64,000 nucleotides of DNA from Planctomycetota bacterium (GCA_046341255.1 JBKDRW010000597.1:2295-66294), one strand, 5' to 3'. Counted from the stretch's first letter, positions 52,962 to 62,642 are shown. Notes: generated by a model not told the origin, from the letters alone. Translations and numbers: made by a program.

Positions 52962-53600
52962 ATGAAGTCATTTCTTGCGAGGCTGTTTGAGACCGGTGAG
53001 GTTCAGTTGCCGCGGGAGGTTGCGGATGACCGTGGCGACGGCGTCGCGCGGGTGTTGGAGGAATCGGAGCGAGTCTGGCGTCGCGGAGTTGCGGGTGAGC
53101 CGCCGCGATTTGATGTTGCGACGGCCACGGCAGCATCGCGAGTGCTGATTTCGATGTGCCAGGCCGTTGTTTATCGTGAAAACGAGATTGACGATCTGAA
53201 ACAGCGACTGGTCGAAAGCAGACTGCCCTGCGGTGACGTCGTGGTTCAGGATCCGTCGCTGCATTACAGCGTGGACCTGCTGTTTCGTTTCATCCCACAG
53301 GTGCTCGAACGGGCGAAACGGATTTCGCCGTCGGACGATCTGATTCCGCTGACGCTGAATGTGCTGAGACCCTGGCCGTTGTCGAGTATTGGCGTGAGTG
53401 AACTCAATCCGGCCGCGTTGTGTCCTTCGTTGCGGGTCATTCAGGCCGATCGATCGTTGTGGCGAATGTATGTCGATCGAGTCATCTCGCTCAATGATGC
53501 AGCGCGGCTGCAGCATCCGGAGACTCGTGCGGCTGTCGCTGCGGCGATCGGTCCGTTCGACAGTTTGGCTCCGGAGATGAGTCGGCGATTGAAGGTGTAG
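52962..53600 (+). CDS. hypothetical protein (gene 1 of the MoxR/vWA locus)
   Basis: 212 aa from ATG 52962, with protein-like composition. The opposite-strand ORF is Arg-rich and looks like an antisense artefact. No family recognised. Confidence 0.55.
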   Translation: MKSFLARLFETGEVQLPREVADDRGDGVARVLEESERVWRRGVAGEPPRFDVATATAASRVLISMCQAVVYRENEIDDLKQRLVESRLPCGDVVVQDPSLHYSVDLLFRFIPQVLERAKRISPSDDLIPLTLNVLRPWPLSSIGVSELNPAALCPSLRVIQADRSLWRMYVDRVISLNDAARLQHPETRAAVAAAIGPFDSLAPEMSRRLKV

Positions 53601-53829
53601 AGATGAAAATGGGTCTCACGAGTTCGCGAGAGCTCGGAAAGGCCCGTCTCGCGACGAAAAGACCATCAGGAGACTGACGTCTCCCGCTCGCTAAATGTGA
53701 CTCGGAGTTCGTACGAACTCTGCTACGGATGGCAGGGAGAGTGAACGATTGGGACAATCGTTCTACAATGGGCGTTTCGAAGTGGTGAATGAAACTAATG
53801 TCGCACGAGCGTCGGGGAGTTGTCGTCTG

Positions 53830-55038
53830 ATGAATGAGTCGCTGGACTTTGCCCTGAGGACTGCCGGACGTGTGCAGTCGGAACTGCTCGATGTGATGAA
53901 GCGAGAATACGTCGGCAAGGATGAAGTCATCGACCTGCTCGGTATCTGTCTGGTCGCCGGCGAGAACCTCTTTTTGCTCGGTCCGCCGGGAACTGCCAAG
54001 AGTGCGCTGGTCAGATCACTGGCCGCGAAACTGGATGGTCGAGTCTTTGACTATCTGCTGACACGATTTACCGAGCCGTCCGAATTGTTCGGGCCGTTTG
54101 ACATTCGCAAGCTGCGTGATGGGGATCTGCTGACGAACACGGAAGGCATGTTGCCCGAAGCGGATATTGTGTTTCTCGACGAACTGCTGAACGCCAACAG
54201 CGCGATTCTGAATAGTCTGCTGATGGCATTGAATGAACGCATCTTTCGTCGCGGCCGAGAGACTCGAAAGCTGGGTTTTGTGCTCACCGTCGGCGCGAGC
54301 AATCGGTTACCCGAAGATGACGCACTGGCGGCGTTGTTCGATCGTTTCCTGTTGCGAGTTCGATCGGACAACGTTCCGGCCGAGATGCTGACCAGCGTTC
54401 TCGAAGCGGGCTGGCAGCTTCAGAAGTCCGAAGCGTCACGCGGGTCTGCGGGAAATCGAATCGCGATCGAAGAACTACGAGCGATGCAGAGCTGCATCCC
54501 GCTGATTGATCTTGGTCAGACTCGAACCGTTTACGTGGGGTTGATCAATCGACTGCGACACGCAGGGCTGGAGATTTCCGATCGTCGAGCCGTTCGACTG
54601 CAGCGACTGGCCGCGGCCAGTGCCATGATGTGCGGTCGGTCGTCGGTGGATGTGTCGGACTTCTGGGTGATGCGATACATCTGGGACACGATGGAACAGG
54701 TCGAGGTGCTGGCGAAAATCGTCAACGACACGATTAAGTCCAGTCACGCCGGGTCTGCAACAAGGGTCGACGCAGACGACGAAAGCCCGGAGGCACAGGT
54801 CAGCGTTCATCCGCGTTCCGTCTCGATGGATGCGCCGAACCCGGCACATCTCAGTCGGGACCTCGATCAGATCGATGCGTTGCTGGCGAGCGCTGGGGAC
54901 GATGGACATCAGAAAAGCTGGCTGCGAGATCGACTGAGTCTGCTGTTGTCACGAGTCGAATGGGTTCAGCAGCCAGATGCTCGTGAGTTTCTCAGGGGGC
55001 GCATCCAGTCGTTGATGAGCATAGCGGCCACATCATGA
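53830..55038 (+). CDS. MoxR-family AAA+ ATPase, RavA-like
   Basis: Walker A is LLGPPGTAKS, Walker B is DIVFLDELLNAN, sensor-1 is VGASN, and ALFDRFLLRV is present. The N-terminal 200 aa align by eye with E. coli RavA (FDYLLTRFTEPSELFGP...AILNSLLMALNERIFRRG). GGGGAG lies 10 nt upstream of ATG 53830. Confidence 0.85.
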   Translation: MNESLDFALRTAGRVQSELLDVMKREYVGKDEVIDLLGICLVAGENLFLLGPPGTAKSALVRSLAAKLDGRVFDYLLTRFTEPSELFGPFDIRKLRDGDLLTNTEGMLPEADIVFLDELLNANSAILNSLLMALNERIFRRGRETRKLGFVLTVGASNRLPEDDALAALFDRFLLRVRSDNVPAEMLTSVLEAGWQLQKSEASRGSAGNRIAIEELRAMQSCIPLIDLGQTRTVYVGLINRLRHAGLEISDRRAVRLQRLAAASAMMCGRSSVDVSDFWVMRYIWDTMEQVEVLAKIVNDTIKSSHAGSATRVDADDESPEAQVSVHPRSVSMDAPNPAHLSRDLDQIDALLASAGDDGHQKSWLRDRLSLLLSRVEWVQQPDAREFLRGRIQSLMSIAATS

Positions 55039-55880
55039 ACGAAGGCAGCCTCTGGGCATTCTCAACTCACATCGCCAACATCCATCGGCTTGGTGAACTT
55101 CGCAGCATGCCGAGTGTTCAGGGTGCGCTGACAGAGGATGTCGTTTGGGTGCGAGGCAGCGGTTTGGATGAGACGTTGTTCGGAACGCTGGCAGCCTTTG
55201 CTGACGGTCCGGTGTTTTTGGTGGATGGAAAGAATCGATTGACACCGTTTGGCAAAACCGTGCCTGTCGATCGGTTGCCGGATGTGACGTGGGAGTCGCT
55301 GGCGAAACTGCTTGAGCCCGTTCTTCCGTTGGCTCGCATTGTCAGCGTTCAGTTCCCGAAATGTCCGTTGACACTGGTGCGATCGTCTGTTGATCACGAG
55401 GCGTCTGTGATGATTGTTTCATGGGATGCGTTCGAAAGATGGGCGATTGACGCACCGGAGATCCGACTGCGGGCCTGTCACTTTGCAACTCGCGGTGGCG
55501 ACGTTGGTGCGCAGGTGTGTGTTCGCGGTAATCCGCTTCCTTCGTTGCCGGGTGCTCGATTCTGGACTACTGGCAACATTGCGATTCCGCTGGGTCTGAC
55601 CTGGTCACCTGCTGTGGATGTCGACACGCTGCGCGAAGTGCTGGCGGTGCAGCATGACGATTCCATTTCGGCGAGCGGCCGGTATGAGTCGGAGTCGTTG
55701 TGGCAACGTGCAGTGAGCGATTGGGACAATCGCTCGACAATGGGGGGACTTTGGATTTGGCATGAAGATGGTCGGTTTGATGTGATCGAACCGAGTGCTT
55801 TCGTTCCAGCATTGCGAATGCATGTGCGAGCAACAGGTGATGTGCTGAAGTCGGGCATTGCGGCGGGAAGATCATCGTGA
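55035..55880 (+). CDS. hypothetical protein (gene 3 of the MoxR/vWA locus)
   Basis: 281-aa ORF whose ATG overlaps the MoxR stop (ATGA). No family recognised. It contains the second copy of the 33-nt hairpin motif (55712-55744). Confidence 0.65.
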   Translation: MNEGSLWAFSTHIANIHRLGELRSMPSVQGALTEDVVWVRGSGLDETLFGTLAAFADGPVFLVDGKNRLTPFGKTVPVDRLPDVTWESLAKLLEPVLPLARIVSVQFPKCPLTLVRSSVDHEASVMIVSWDAFERWAIDAPEIRLRACHFATRGGDVGAQVCVRGNPLPSLPGARFWTTGNIAIPLGLTWSPAVDVDTLREVLAVQHDDSISASGRYESESLWQRAVSDWDNRSTMGGLWIWHEDGRFDVIEPSAFVPALRMHVRATGDVLKSGIAAGRSS

Positions 55881-58780
55881 AAGTTGCCTTCCGGTATTTC
55901 GTGACCGACCTGCCCGCGTATTTTCAATGGGCCGATGGCGGTCGCGAGTTGACGTGGTGCAATGGCACGACGATCGCGTTCCGTCAGGAGATTGAATCGC
56001 TTCTGCTGAAATTGCAAGAGACACGTCGATACGCCGACTTTGCATCCGTCGCTCTGGCCTTCGCGGCGACACGAGGGTCGTGGCAGGAGATTTCGTCATA
56101 TCTGATTAATTCGGTGCGCATGCTGAGAGCCTGCACGCTTCCCAATGTCGCGAGCATGGTGAAGGAGCGTCGGGAGGTTCTGGATCGCTGGGAAGATTCT
56201 GTCCGCAGGTTGTCGTTGCTTCACAACTTCGCCAGCGATCGCCGCGTTCGTTTCGATCAAGTCGTTGAGTTGCTCGCGCTGGTGCTCGCGCATCGATTGA
56301 CGGGATATTCCGAAGCCGTGTGGGAGAACATCACGGAAACACTGGGTGCAGGACTTCCCGAGGACTGGGCTGAAAAGTCGAAGTGCGATGAGGAAACGCT
56401 TCCGTGGATGTTGCCATCAAATGCCGCAACGATAACGGACCCAATGATCATCCATCAGGTCGCTCTGAGAATCTTTCGGATCATTCGCATCGCCAAGACG
56501 CTCGCGAGTTCAATCCCCGGCAATACGGTTGATGAACTGCTGTCAGTCGTTCGAACGGGCATCGCAAACGCGGACTCTATTCAGCCAGCGCCCGAGTTGC
56601 TTCCGGAGCCGGAGCATCAACCGTCCGCGATGCGTGGCCTGCTGAAGGAGCTTGAAAACGATCGCAACCTGCGAGGACTGGCTCGATTGACCCAGCGGCT
56701 GATTGCGGCGATCTCACTTCCAAGAGACCTGTCGGAGCCGGACGACCTGCAGATGGGAGGCGTTTCGGACATCTCCAATCGGGGGCCGCTCGACAAGCTG
56801 CTGCTGAGCGAGCTGGCCCATGACGACCTGACGCTGTCGGTGCGACTGGCTCTGAACGAAGCGTTGTACCTTCGTCGTGAAGCTCCGCCGACGCTGCAAA
56901 AGCGAACAAGGTCTGTATTGATCGACAGCAGTCTGCCGATGTGGGGCATCCCGCGACTGTATGCAACCGCGGCGGCGCTGGCTCTGCATGTGACGACGGA
57001 TCGCCAGACGCGAGTGCAGTGCTTTCGGACTCAGCAGAGTCGACTGATCAATTGCTCCATGACAACGTCCGACTCAGTGGCCGAGCATCTGGAGGCGTTG
57101 AGCAGTCATGCGTCGCCGTCGAAGGTGCTGCCGGACTTTTTTGATCGCGTTGGTGATGACGAAGCGTGTGCCGAACCGGTGGTCATTACGACTCGAGATG
57201 TTCTGGAGATGCCCGAGTTTCGACAGCAACTGGATATCGCCTGGTTGAATGATGTCTGGCTGATTATCGCCGAACGAGATGGTCGAATGGAGATTCTCCA
57301 GAAGACTCGACAGGGCATTTCACGCCATCGCCGGATTGAATTGCCGTTGTCAGAGATTCTGTCTGAAGCGGAAGCGGAGACACTTCGCGATGACGATCGT
57401 GTCGATAATTTGCCCGCGATCTATCGTCGAAGTGAATTCCCATTGTTGCTGCCTCATGCCGTGCGAACTGGTCGAATCTGGCGATGGGAACAGCATTCGA
57501 TCGCCATCACGGACGATGGTCGTCTGATGTTGTGGTCACAGGAGAAAAAGGGAGCTCGTCAGCTTTCGAACAATCTGCCGACGACTTCTCGGCACAAGTG
57601 CTTCATGCTTCAGCGCAACCACCATGCGTTTTGTGTGCTGTGTACGGAAGACGCCAATATGTCGGGTTTTCTGATTCGTGTCAGTTACTCGGATCTCAAA
57701 GTGACTCTGCGTGTTGTTGAGCACCACGTCTCGATCGTGACGGACGTCACGCTGGCGGATTTTGCAGTTTTGGTGTTCGGAGCTAACGGCAGCGGTACGG
57801 ATCTTTGCTTCGAACTGGATCTCATCAACGGCAGCGTTTCTGGCCCGGTCGCCTTGCCGAAGGGCGTCACATGGCGACTTGGTCGCGTCGTGAAACTGGA
57901 CGGTGCGTTCTATGTGATGAATGTGGTCACTTCGGGAGCCAACGAGCACGCAGCCTTCGGCCATGCATCATCGTATGGGGCGATGTGCTCACTGCAAAAG
58001 CTACCCGATGCATTGCAGCAAGCGGATCAGGTTGTGGAGTATCTCTATGGGCATTACGCATTGATTCGCAAAGGAAAAGTCTGTGATGGCTCGACGGGCA
58101 AGCTTGTCGAGGCATTCCGGCATTTGCCTGAGATTGAACATATTTCGTCAGCCTCTGACACTGGCAGACTCGAAGCATTTGCCTCGATTTCGGGATCGCC
58201 GATGATTTTGGACCTTCAGCGAAGCGAGGTTGTCCGGTCTGAACAGCGCCAAACGTATAGCCTGGCGGACATGGAAATGGAGCTTGCCGTTGCGAACTAT
58301 GATATCAGGACCTCACACCATCGCTTTCGTCACGTCGGGACGGACGGGAAAACGATCGTTCTGAAGAACTCGAACGGGAAAAACTACGAGATCTTTCTGT
58401 TCGAAGCGGGGCGACAGCAAAGCATCCGGATGGTGTTGAAATCTCAGGGAAAGATTGGCTCGATTGTGCTGAAGGAATTCCGCGACGACCGCCATCAACT
58501 GCATTCGGGACACGAAATGCAGAAAGCACAATGGTCGTCCGGCGGTGCGATGTGGCTGGATTCGCGGGGCCTGCTGCATCTGAGATCTTCGGACTCATCG
58601 CGCGCGGAAGTCACGCTGGTTCTGCGAGACGGCTGGCTGGCCGGATGGACGTCGGACGGCACAGTCTTTGGCGACGATTACTACCACTCGATACATCCAG
58701 AAATCACGAGCTTGAAGCTGGCCAGCGCGCCGGAGATCTGGCGGTCGGTGATTGTTCCGTTGCTGGAGTCACTGACATGA
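55877..58780 (+). CDS. large protein with a helical N-terminal region, a probable vWA domain (degenerate MIDAS) and a beta-rich C-terminal half
   Basis: The GTG start overlaps the upstream stop (GTGA). The central beta-alpha-beta pattern is RSVLIDSSLPMWG (DSSLP at 56924-56938) ... RVQCF ... EPVVITTRDV, which resembles vWA strands b1/b2/b4. The last roughly 450 aa are beta-strand-rich with W/G-containing repeats. Confidence 0.7.
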   Translation: MKVAFRYFVTDLPAYFQWADGGRELTWCNGTTIAFRQEIESLLLKLQETRRYADFASVALAFAATRGSWQEISSYLINSVRMLRACTLPNVASMVKERREVLDRWEDSVRRLSLLHNFASDRRVRFDQVVELLALVLAHRLTGYSEAVWENITETLGAGLPEDWAEKSKCDEETLPWMLPSNAATITDPMIIHQVALRIFRIIRIAKTLASSIPGNTVDELLSVVRTGIANADSIQPAPELLPEPEHQPSAMRGLLKELENDRNLRGLARLTQRLIAAISLPRDLSEPDDLQMGGVSDISNRGPLDKLLLSELAHDDLTLSVRLALNEALYLRREAPPTLQKRTRSVLIDSSLPMWGIPRLYATAAALALHVTTDRQTRVQCFRTQQSRLINCSMTTSDSVAEHLEALSSHASPSKVLPDFFDRVGDDEACAEPVVITTRDVLEMPEFRQQLDIAWLNDVWLIIAERDGRMEILQKTRQGISRHRRIELPLSEILSEAEAETLRDDDRVDNLPAIYRRSEFPLLLPHAVRTGRIWRWEQHSIAITDDGRLMLWSQEKKGARQLSNNLPTTSRHKCFMLQRNHHAFCVLCTEDANMSGFLIRVSYSDLKVTLRVVEHHVSIVTDVTLADFAVLVFGANGSGTDLCFELDLINGSVSGPVALPKGVTWRLGRVVKLDGAFYVMNVVTSGANEHAAFGHASSYGAMCSLQKLPDALQQADQVVEYLYGHYALIRKGKVCDGSTGKLVEAFRHLPEIEHISSASDTGRLEAFASISGSPMILDLQRSEVVRSEQRQTYSLADMEMELAVANYDIRTSHHRFRHVGTDGKTIVLKNSNGKNYEIFLFEAGRQQSIRMVLKSQGKIGSIVLKEFRDDRHQLHSGHEMQKAQWSSGGAMWLDSRGLLHLRSSDSSRAEVTLVLRDGWLAGWTSDGTVFGDDYYHSIHPEITSLKLASAPEIWRSVIVPLLESLT

Positions 58781-61700
58781 AACTCCCGCTGACGTTGGTA
58801 TTCCGACAGAAAATGGGACAGGCACCTCGCAGCGAGCCTGATCCTTCGCGTTTTCGCAGGCGTTCGGAGCCAGTCCCTTTTCTTTACGGCACCGTTGAGT
58901 CCGACCCGGCGACGAATGATATTGCTGCGGTACTGCTCTTCGGGGCGACTCCGTCCGATTGGCTTGCGGTTCTGTGTGCGGCAGGCGTTCCGACACATCG
59001 GCTGACATTTCTTCCGCTTTCGCATCATGCGCAGACGAGTGTTTTCGGGGCACTCGTCGCGGGTGAAGCAATACGAGATCACGTCGGATCACTCAGAGAC
59101 TTAGCGACAGCGCGGCCGGATGTCTTTCGGTTGCCACCGCTGAGCTATCGATGTCTTGCCGGTCGGTTGTATGTGCCGCTCGAAGCGGAGTTGGCGCCTC
59201 AGGTGACGATTCCGGAACTGCAGTCGATGCTGCCCGCTGTTCAGGCACATCGGCTGGTATGGCATCCTTCGGCCGGGCTGATCGAATTCGACGCCGATCA
59301 GGTTCTGTCCACGGCTGATCTGTTGTCGGGGCCGCGACCGTCACCTCAACGATGGAATCTCAGCACGTTTGGCGATCAACTGAACGATCGGATTCGAAGT
59401 CTGAATCCTGTTGCGACTCTGGAAGAACTGGCGAGCATCATCCAGCAGGGGCGTGACGATATTGGTCAGGATGCCAATGACATTCGGAATGCACCGCGAG
59501 CACCGGATGAGATTCCGTTCACGAAGCTGAACGACGCGATGCAGTGGATGAAGAGACAAGCGGCGAAGACGGTGTTCAACATCACAAATAAGCTGCCGAC
59601 AAGCCCGACCGGGAGTCCGCTTCTTGGCAAGCTGCATCAATGGGCGGCCCAGATGCTCTCCGGCTCTGCAGGTGCTGCCGGAGCGGCTGCAGGTGCTGCG
59701 GCTGCGGCGGCAGCGATGAGCAGCGGCCTGTCGACGCAGCGAGAGAATGAACTCAAGCGATTGCTCCATATGCTGGAGCACGATCCCGATCGCGGACTGA
59801 AATACGCACTGCCGCTGTTTGGAAATTCTTCCCGCGGAGTCGCACCTCCGTCGGGTCGCCTGGGGGAACGAATTCCGGACTTTGATCTCAGTCAATTGGG
59901 TCGATCGGGCCGAGCCGACGCCTGGGATGTGCCGTGGCAGTATCACGCGAAGCTGACTCAGAAATATCGCGAGCTGGCTCAGCGAGAAACCCGGCTGGGC
60001 AATCATCGTCGAGCCGCATACATCTACGCATCGCTGCTGCACGATCTGAATTCGGCAGCCGCGGCTCTGGAGGCTGGAAAACTGTTTCGCGACGCGGCGG
60101 CGATTTATCAGGTTCATCTTCGATCACCGCTCAAAGCGGCAGCGTGCCTGAAGAGCGGCGGCATGTGGGAAGAAGCAGTTGTTCTCTATCGTGAGCACAA
60201 GCAGTGGATGACGGCTGGTGAATTGTACGGTCTGCTGAACCAGCCCGAGTCTGCCGCCGAGATGTATGAGCTGGAACTCAGCAATCGGCTGCAGCAAAGC
60301 AACTACTTCGAAGCGGCCACGCTGGCGATCGAATCGCTGCACGATCGAGAACGCGGCTGGAAGCTGCTCCGCGACGGCTGGGTTGCTCAGCGGCGAGGTG
60401 CGGATTGTCTGCGTCGACTGTTCCAGGGGTTCGCCGACGCTGGTCAGCATCAACGCACGGAAACGGTGTTCGAAGATGTGATGTCTCAATTGCTGGCAAA
60501 CCAGATGCCGGATGCAACCACGATCTGCAGTGAAGTCGCAACGACGTATCCGACCGCTGCTGTTCGAGACCTCGCACGGCGACGGACATGGCAGCTTGCT
60601 TCGTCGCTACTGTCCAGAGAATCCGAAGTGCATTCGAAAACCGCGCTGCAGGCGATTCAAAGTCTGGCCAAAGAAGATGAATTGCTGGTTCGTGACACAA
60701 GCCGATTTGCCACGCTGCAGAAGGCTCAGGCAAAGCAAAAGGCTGATGCACAGCCTGCGCGTCGTCCGTCGGGTCTGACGGTTGGAAACGCAGCGAAGGT
60801 TAAGGCCCTCCAGTCGTTCCCTCGAATCGTTCTGCAGGCGCGCAGTCAGCCGAAGCTTCTTCGCTGGACTTCAGCTGCGGCGACTTCCGGCTACTTGTTT
60901 TGCATTGGCGAGACTTCCGAACAGGACGTTGTGGTCGGCCGCTGGACACTCGCCTCGCTGGCTCCGTCTTCGATCCCCGATGGCGCGTGTGTGACGTTTC
61001 CATTGATGGTTCAGCCGACTGCTGAGCAGTCGGCCTGCCAGTTGCGAGTGAATCCGATTCGTCCCGATCGAATTGATCTGCAAAGGCTGCCTGAAGAGGG
61101 AACGTTGAGCCACAACTTCGTCACCAGCATTGTTCGCGCGAACTCGTTTGTTGATTCGGTGAACGTCGCGGGCTTTTGGATTTTGGATGTTCAGTTCATA
61201 TCCTCTGGTCATTGGTATGCGATGATTCTGGAAAATGACGCTCAGCCAAAGCTTGTTCTCTCCGGCAGCGCCGGAGTTCCAACGTGTTCGTTTCCTTTGA
61301 CTTTGCCTGAGTCGGCCAGACAGAACATGATCAACTCCGCGACGCGTGTGTATCTCGGCGATTCACATGTGCTGGTTGTCGCGGGGTGTTCGGTTTATCG
61401 AGCGACGTTGCCGGCAGAGAAGCAATTCCACGTAAGCCCTGCGAACCCGCTGGAATTGGAATGCGTGCTGGAGATGGATTCCGACTGGACCGGATTCATT
61501 CCTTCTCAGCCACACTCGGTTCCTCGAGTGCTCATTGCGACGAAGACTTCATGCTATGCCGTTTGGGTGACGACAGGAGATTCGTGCCGAATCGCGTCGG
61601 ATCTGCAAGCCCCGGTGATCGGCTGCACTCGGCAGGGAACATTCATTGTCGCGACACCGACCGAGATTTCATGTTATCACGTTCATCAGAAGAAGACCGA

Positions 61701-61827
61701 ACGCATCGCCACGATCGAATCCCAGACCAGCGAGATCGTTTCCATCGTCCCCGATTCCTCCCCCGGCGACTTCCTCGCCATCCGCTCCGATGGCATCCTG
61801 CAACGCTTCAGGATTCCGGTGCAGTAA
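58777..61827 (+). CDS. large protein: N-terminal unknown domain, poly-Ala linker, TPR-like helical repeats, beta-rich (propeller-like) C-terminus
   Basis: ATG 58777 overlaps the upstream stop (ATGA), with GGAG 8 nt upstream. The poly-Ala/Gly tract is at about 59661-59722. Helical repeats run AAYIYASLLHDLNSAAAALEAGKLFRDAAAIYQ...WEEAVVLYREHKQWMTAGELY...AAEMYE. The C-terminal roughly 400 aa are beta-rich. Confidence 0.7.
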   Translation: MKLPLTLVFRQKMGQAPRSEPDPSRFRRRSEPVPFLYGTVESDPATNDIAAVLLFGATPSDWLAVLCAAGVPTHRLTFLPLSHHAQTSVFGALVAGEAIRDHVGSLRDLATARPDVFRLPPLSYRCLAGRLYVPLEAELAPQVTIPELQSMLPAVQAHRLVWHPSAGLIEFDADQVLSTADLLSGPRPSPQRWNLSTFGDQLNDRIRSLNPVATLEELASIIQQGRDDIGQDANDIRNAPRAPDEIPFTKLNDAMQWMKRQAAKTVFNITNKLPTSPTGSPLLGKLHQWAAQMLSGSAGAAGAAAGAAAAAAAMSSGLSTQRENELKRLLHMLEHDPDRGLKYALPLFGNSSRGVAPPSGRLGERIPDFDLSQLGRSGRADAWDVPWQYHAKLTQKYRELAQRETRLGNHRRAAYIYASLLHDLNSAAAALEAGKLFRDAAAIYQVHLRSPLKAAACLKSGGMWEEAVVLYREHKQWMTAGELYGLLNQPESAAEMYELELSNRLQQSNYFEAATLAIESLHDRERGWKLLRDGWVAQRRGADCLRRLFQGFADAGQHQRTETVFEDVMSQLLANQMPDATTICSEVATTYPTAAVRDLARRRTWQLASSLLSRESEVHSKTALQAIQSLAKEDELLVRDTSRFATLQKAQAKQKADAQPARRPSGLTVGNAAKVKALQSFPRIVLQARSQPKLLRWTSAAATSGYLFCIGETSEQDVVVGRWTLASLAPSSIPDGACVTFPLMVQPTAEQSACQLRVNPIRPDRIDLQRLPEEGTLSHNFVTSIVRANSFVDSVNVAGFWILDVQFISSGHWYAMILENDAQPKLVLSGSAGVPTCSFPLTLPESARQNMINSATRVYLGDSHVLVVAGCSVYRATLPAEKQFHVSPANPLELECVLEMDSDWTGFIPSQPHSVPRVLIATKTSCYAVWVTTGDSCRIASDLQAPVIGCTRQGTFIVATPTEISCYHVHQKKTERIATIESQTSEIVSIVPDSSPGDFLAIRSDGILQRFRIPVQ

Positions 61828-61989
61828 GCACCCTCAAGCTTTGGATGCAGCAACTGAGACTGGTAAGCAGGGAGATCTTGCCGGATCGTGATGTTTTCCC
61901 AGGGCCTTAGTTGACCGATGTTTCGGGTAATTCGGGCAGCAAAATGCGTTTTGATTGGCTTCCCAATGCCAGGATGTGACCTGCCCCGG

Positions 61990-62017
61990 TTGCGAGTAGA
62001 GAAGCCGGGTCTATAAT
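61990..62017 (+). promoter_or_regulatory. candidate sigma70-type promoter upstream of nuoI
   Basis: TTGCGA (61990-61995), a 16-nt spacer, then consensus TATAAT (62012-62017). An 8-bp hairpin follows (ccctgcgc-ggaatttt-gcgcaggg, 62031-62054) before ATG 62091. Confidence 0.4.
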
Positions 62018-62090
62018 TCTGCGGTCTTTACCCTGCGCGGAATTTTGCGCAGGGAAGTTCAAGGCAAGGCCGCATCCGGGGTTTGTTCCC

Positions 62091-62642
62091 ATGCTTACGT
62101 GGTTTCGCAACGTCTGGTTGTCTGTCGTCACGGTCCTGCAGGGCATGTATGTGACGCTCCGCACGATGTTCAAGACGTATGGTCGCCGCACGTTCACTGA
62201 AGTTTACGAGTATCCGGAAGTTCCGGTGAAGGTGAAGGCGCGTTACCGCGGATTTCATCGATTTGATTTGACGACATGTATCGGCTGTGAAAAATGCGCG
62301 GCCGCCTGTCCGGTGGACTGCATTTACATTGATAAGGAAAAGAGCCCTGTCGGCAAGGGTTTTCGGATCAATGGTTTTACGATTGATTACACGAAGTGCA
62401 TGTTTTGCGCGTTGTGTGTTGAGCCCTGTCCGGTGGACTGTATCTTCATGGGTTCAAATTACGACCTGAGTTGCTACAGTCGAGACGGATGTATTGTGGA
62501 CTATGCCAAACTGCCGCTGGAGATTGCCTGGGGTAAGGCAACTTTAAATCCGACGGTCGTGGCGGAGTCCAAGGTTCTGCATCAGCCGGTTTGGGTCAAG
62601 GGTGAGCCGAGCCCGTTCCAGTTTGCTGGTTCGGAGCACTGA
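62091..62642 (+). CDS. nuoI: NADH-quinone oxidoreductase subunit I-like 2x[4Fe-4S] ferredoxin
   Basis: YPE.P......RG.H, followed by [16 protein letters not shown] and [16 protein letters not shown] at NuoI spacing. Confidence 0.8.
   Translation: MLTWFRNVWLSVVTVLQGMYVTLRTMFKTYGRRTFTEVYEYPEVPVKVKARYRGFHRFDLTTCIGCEKCAAACPVDCIYIDKEKSPVGKGFRINGFTIDYTKCMFCALCVEPCPVDCIFMGSNYDLSCYSRDGCIVDYAKLPLEIAWGKATLNPTVVAESKVLHQPVWVKGEPSPFQFAGSEH

Noticed and set aside
53749-53829. TTG-initiated N-terminal extension of the MoxR ORF
   Set aside because: ATG 53830 has a GGGGAG run 10 nt upstream, and homology to RavA starts after it. The extension overlaps the hairpin and micro-ORF region.
59341-60117. 258-aa minus-strand ORF inside gene 5 of the MoxR locus (and 39099..39842 inside the M50-HlyD gene)
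   Set aside because: Both are Arg-rich shadow ORFs antisense to genes supported by operon structure or motifs.
52962-61827. Interpretation as a Bat/aerotolerance-type MoxR-DUF58-BatA-D operon
   Set aside because: There is no DUF58 gene and no BatA/BatB-type TM-vWA proteins. The gene sizes and order differ, and the ATPase is RavA-like.
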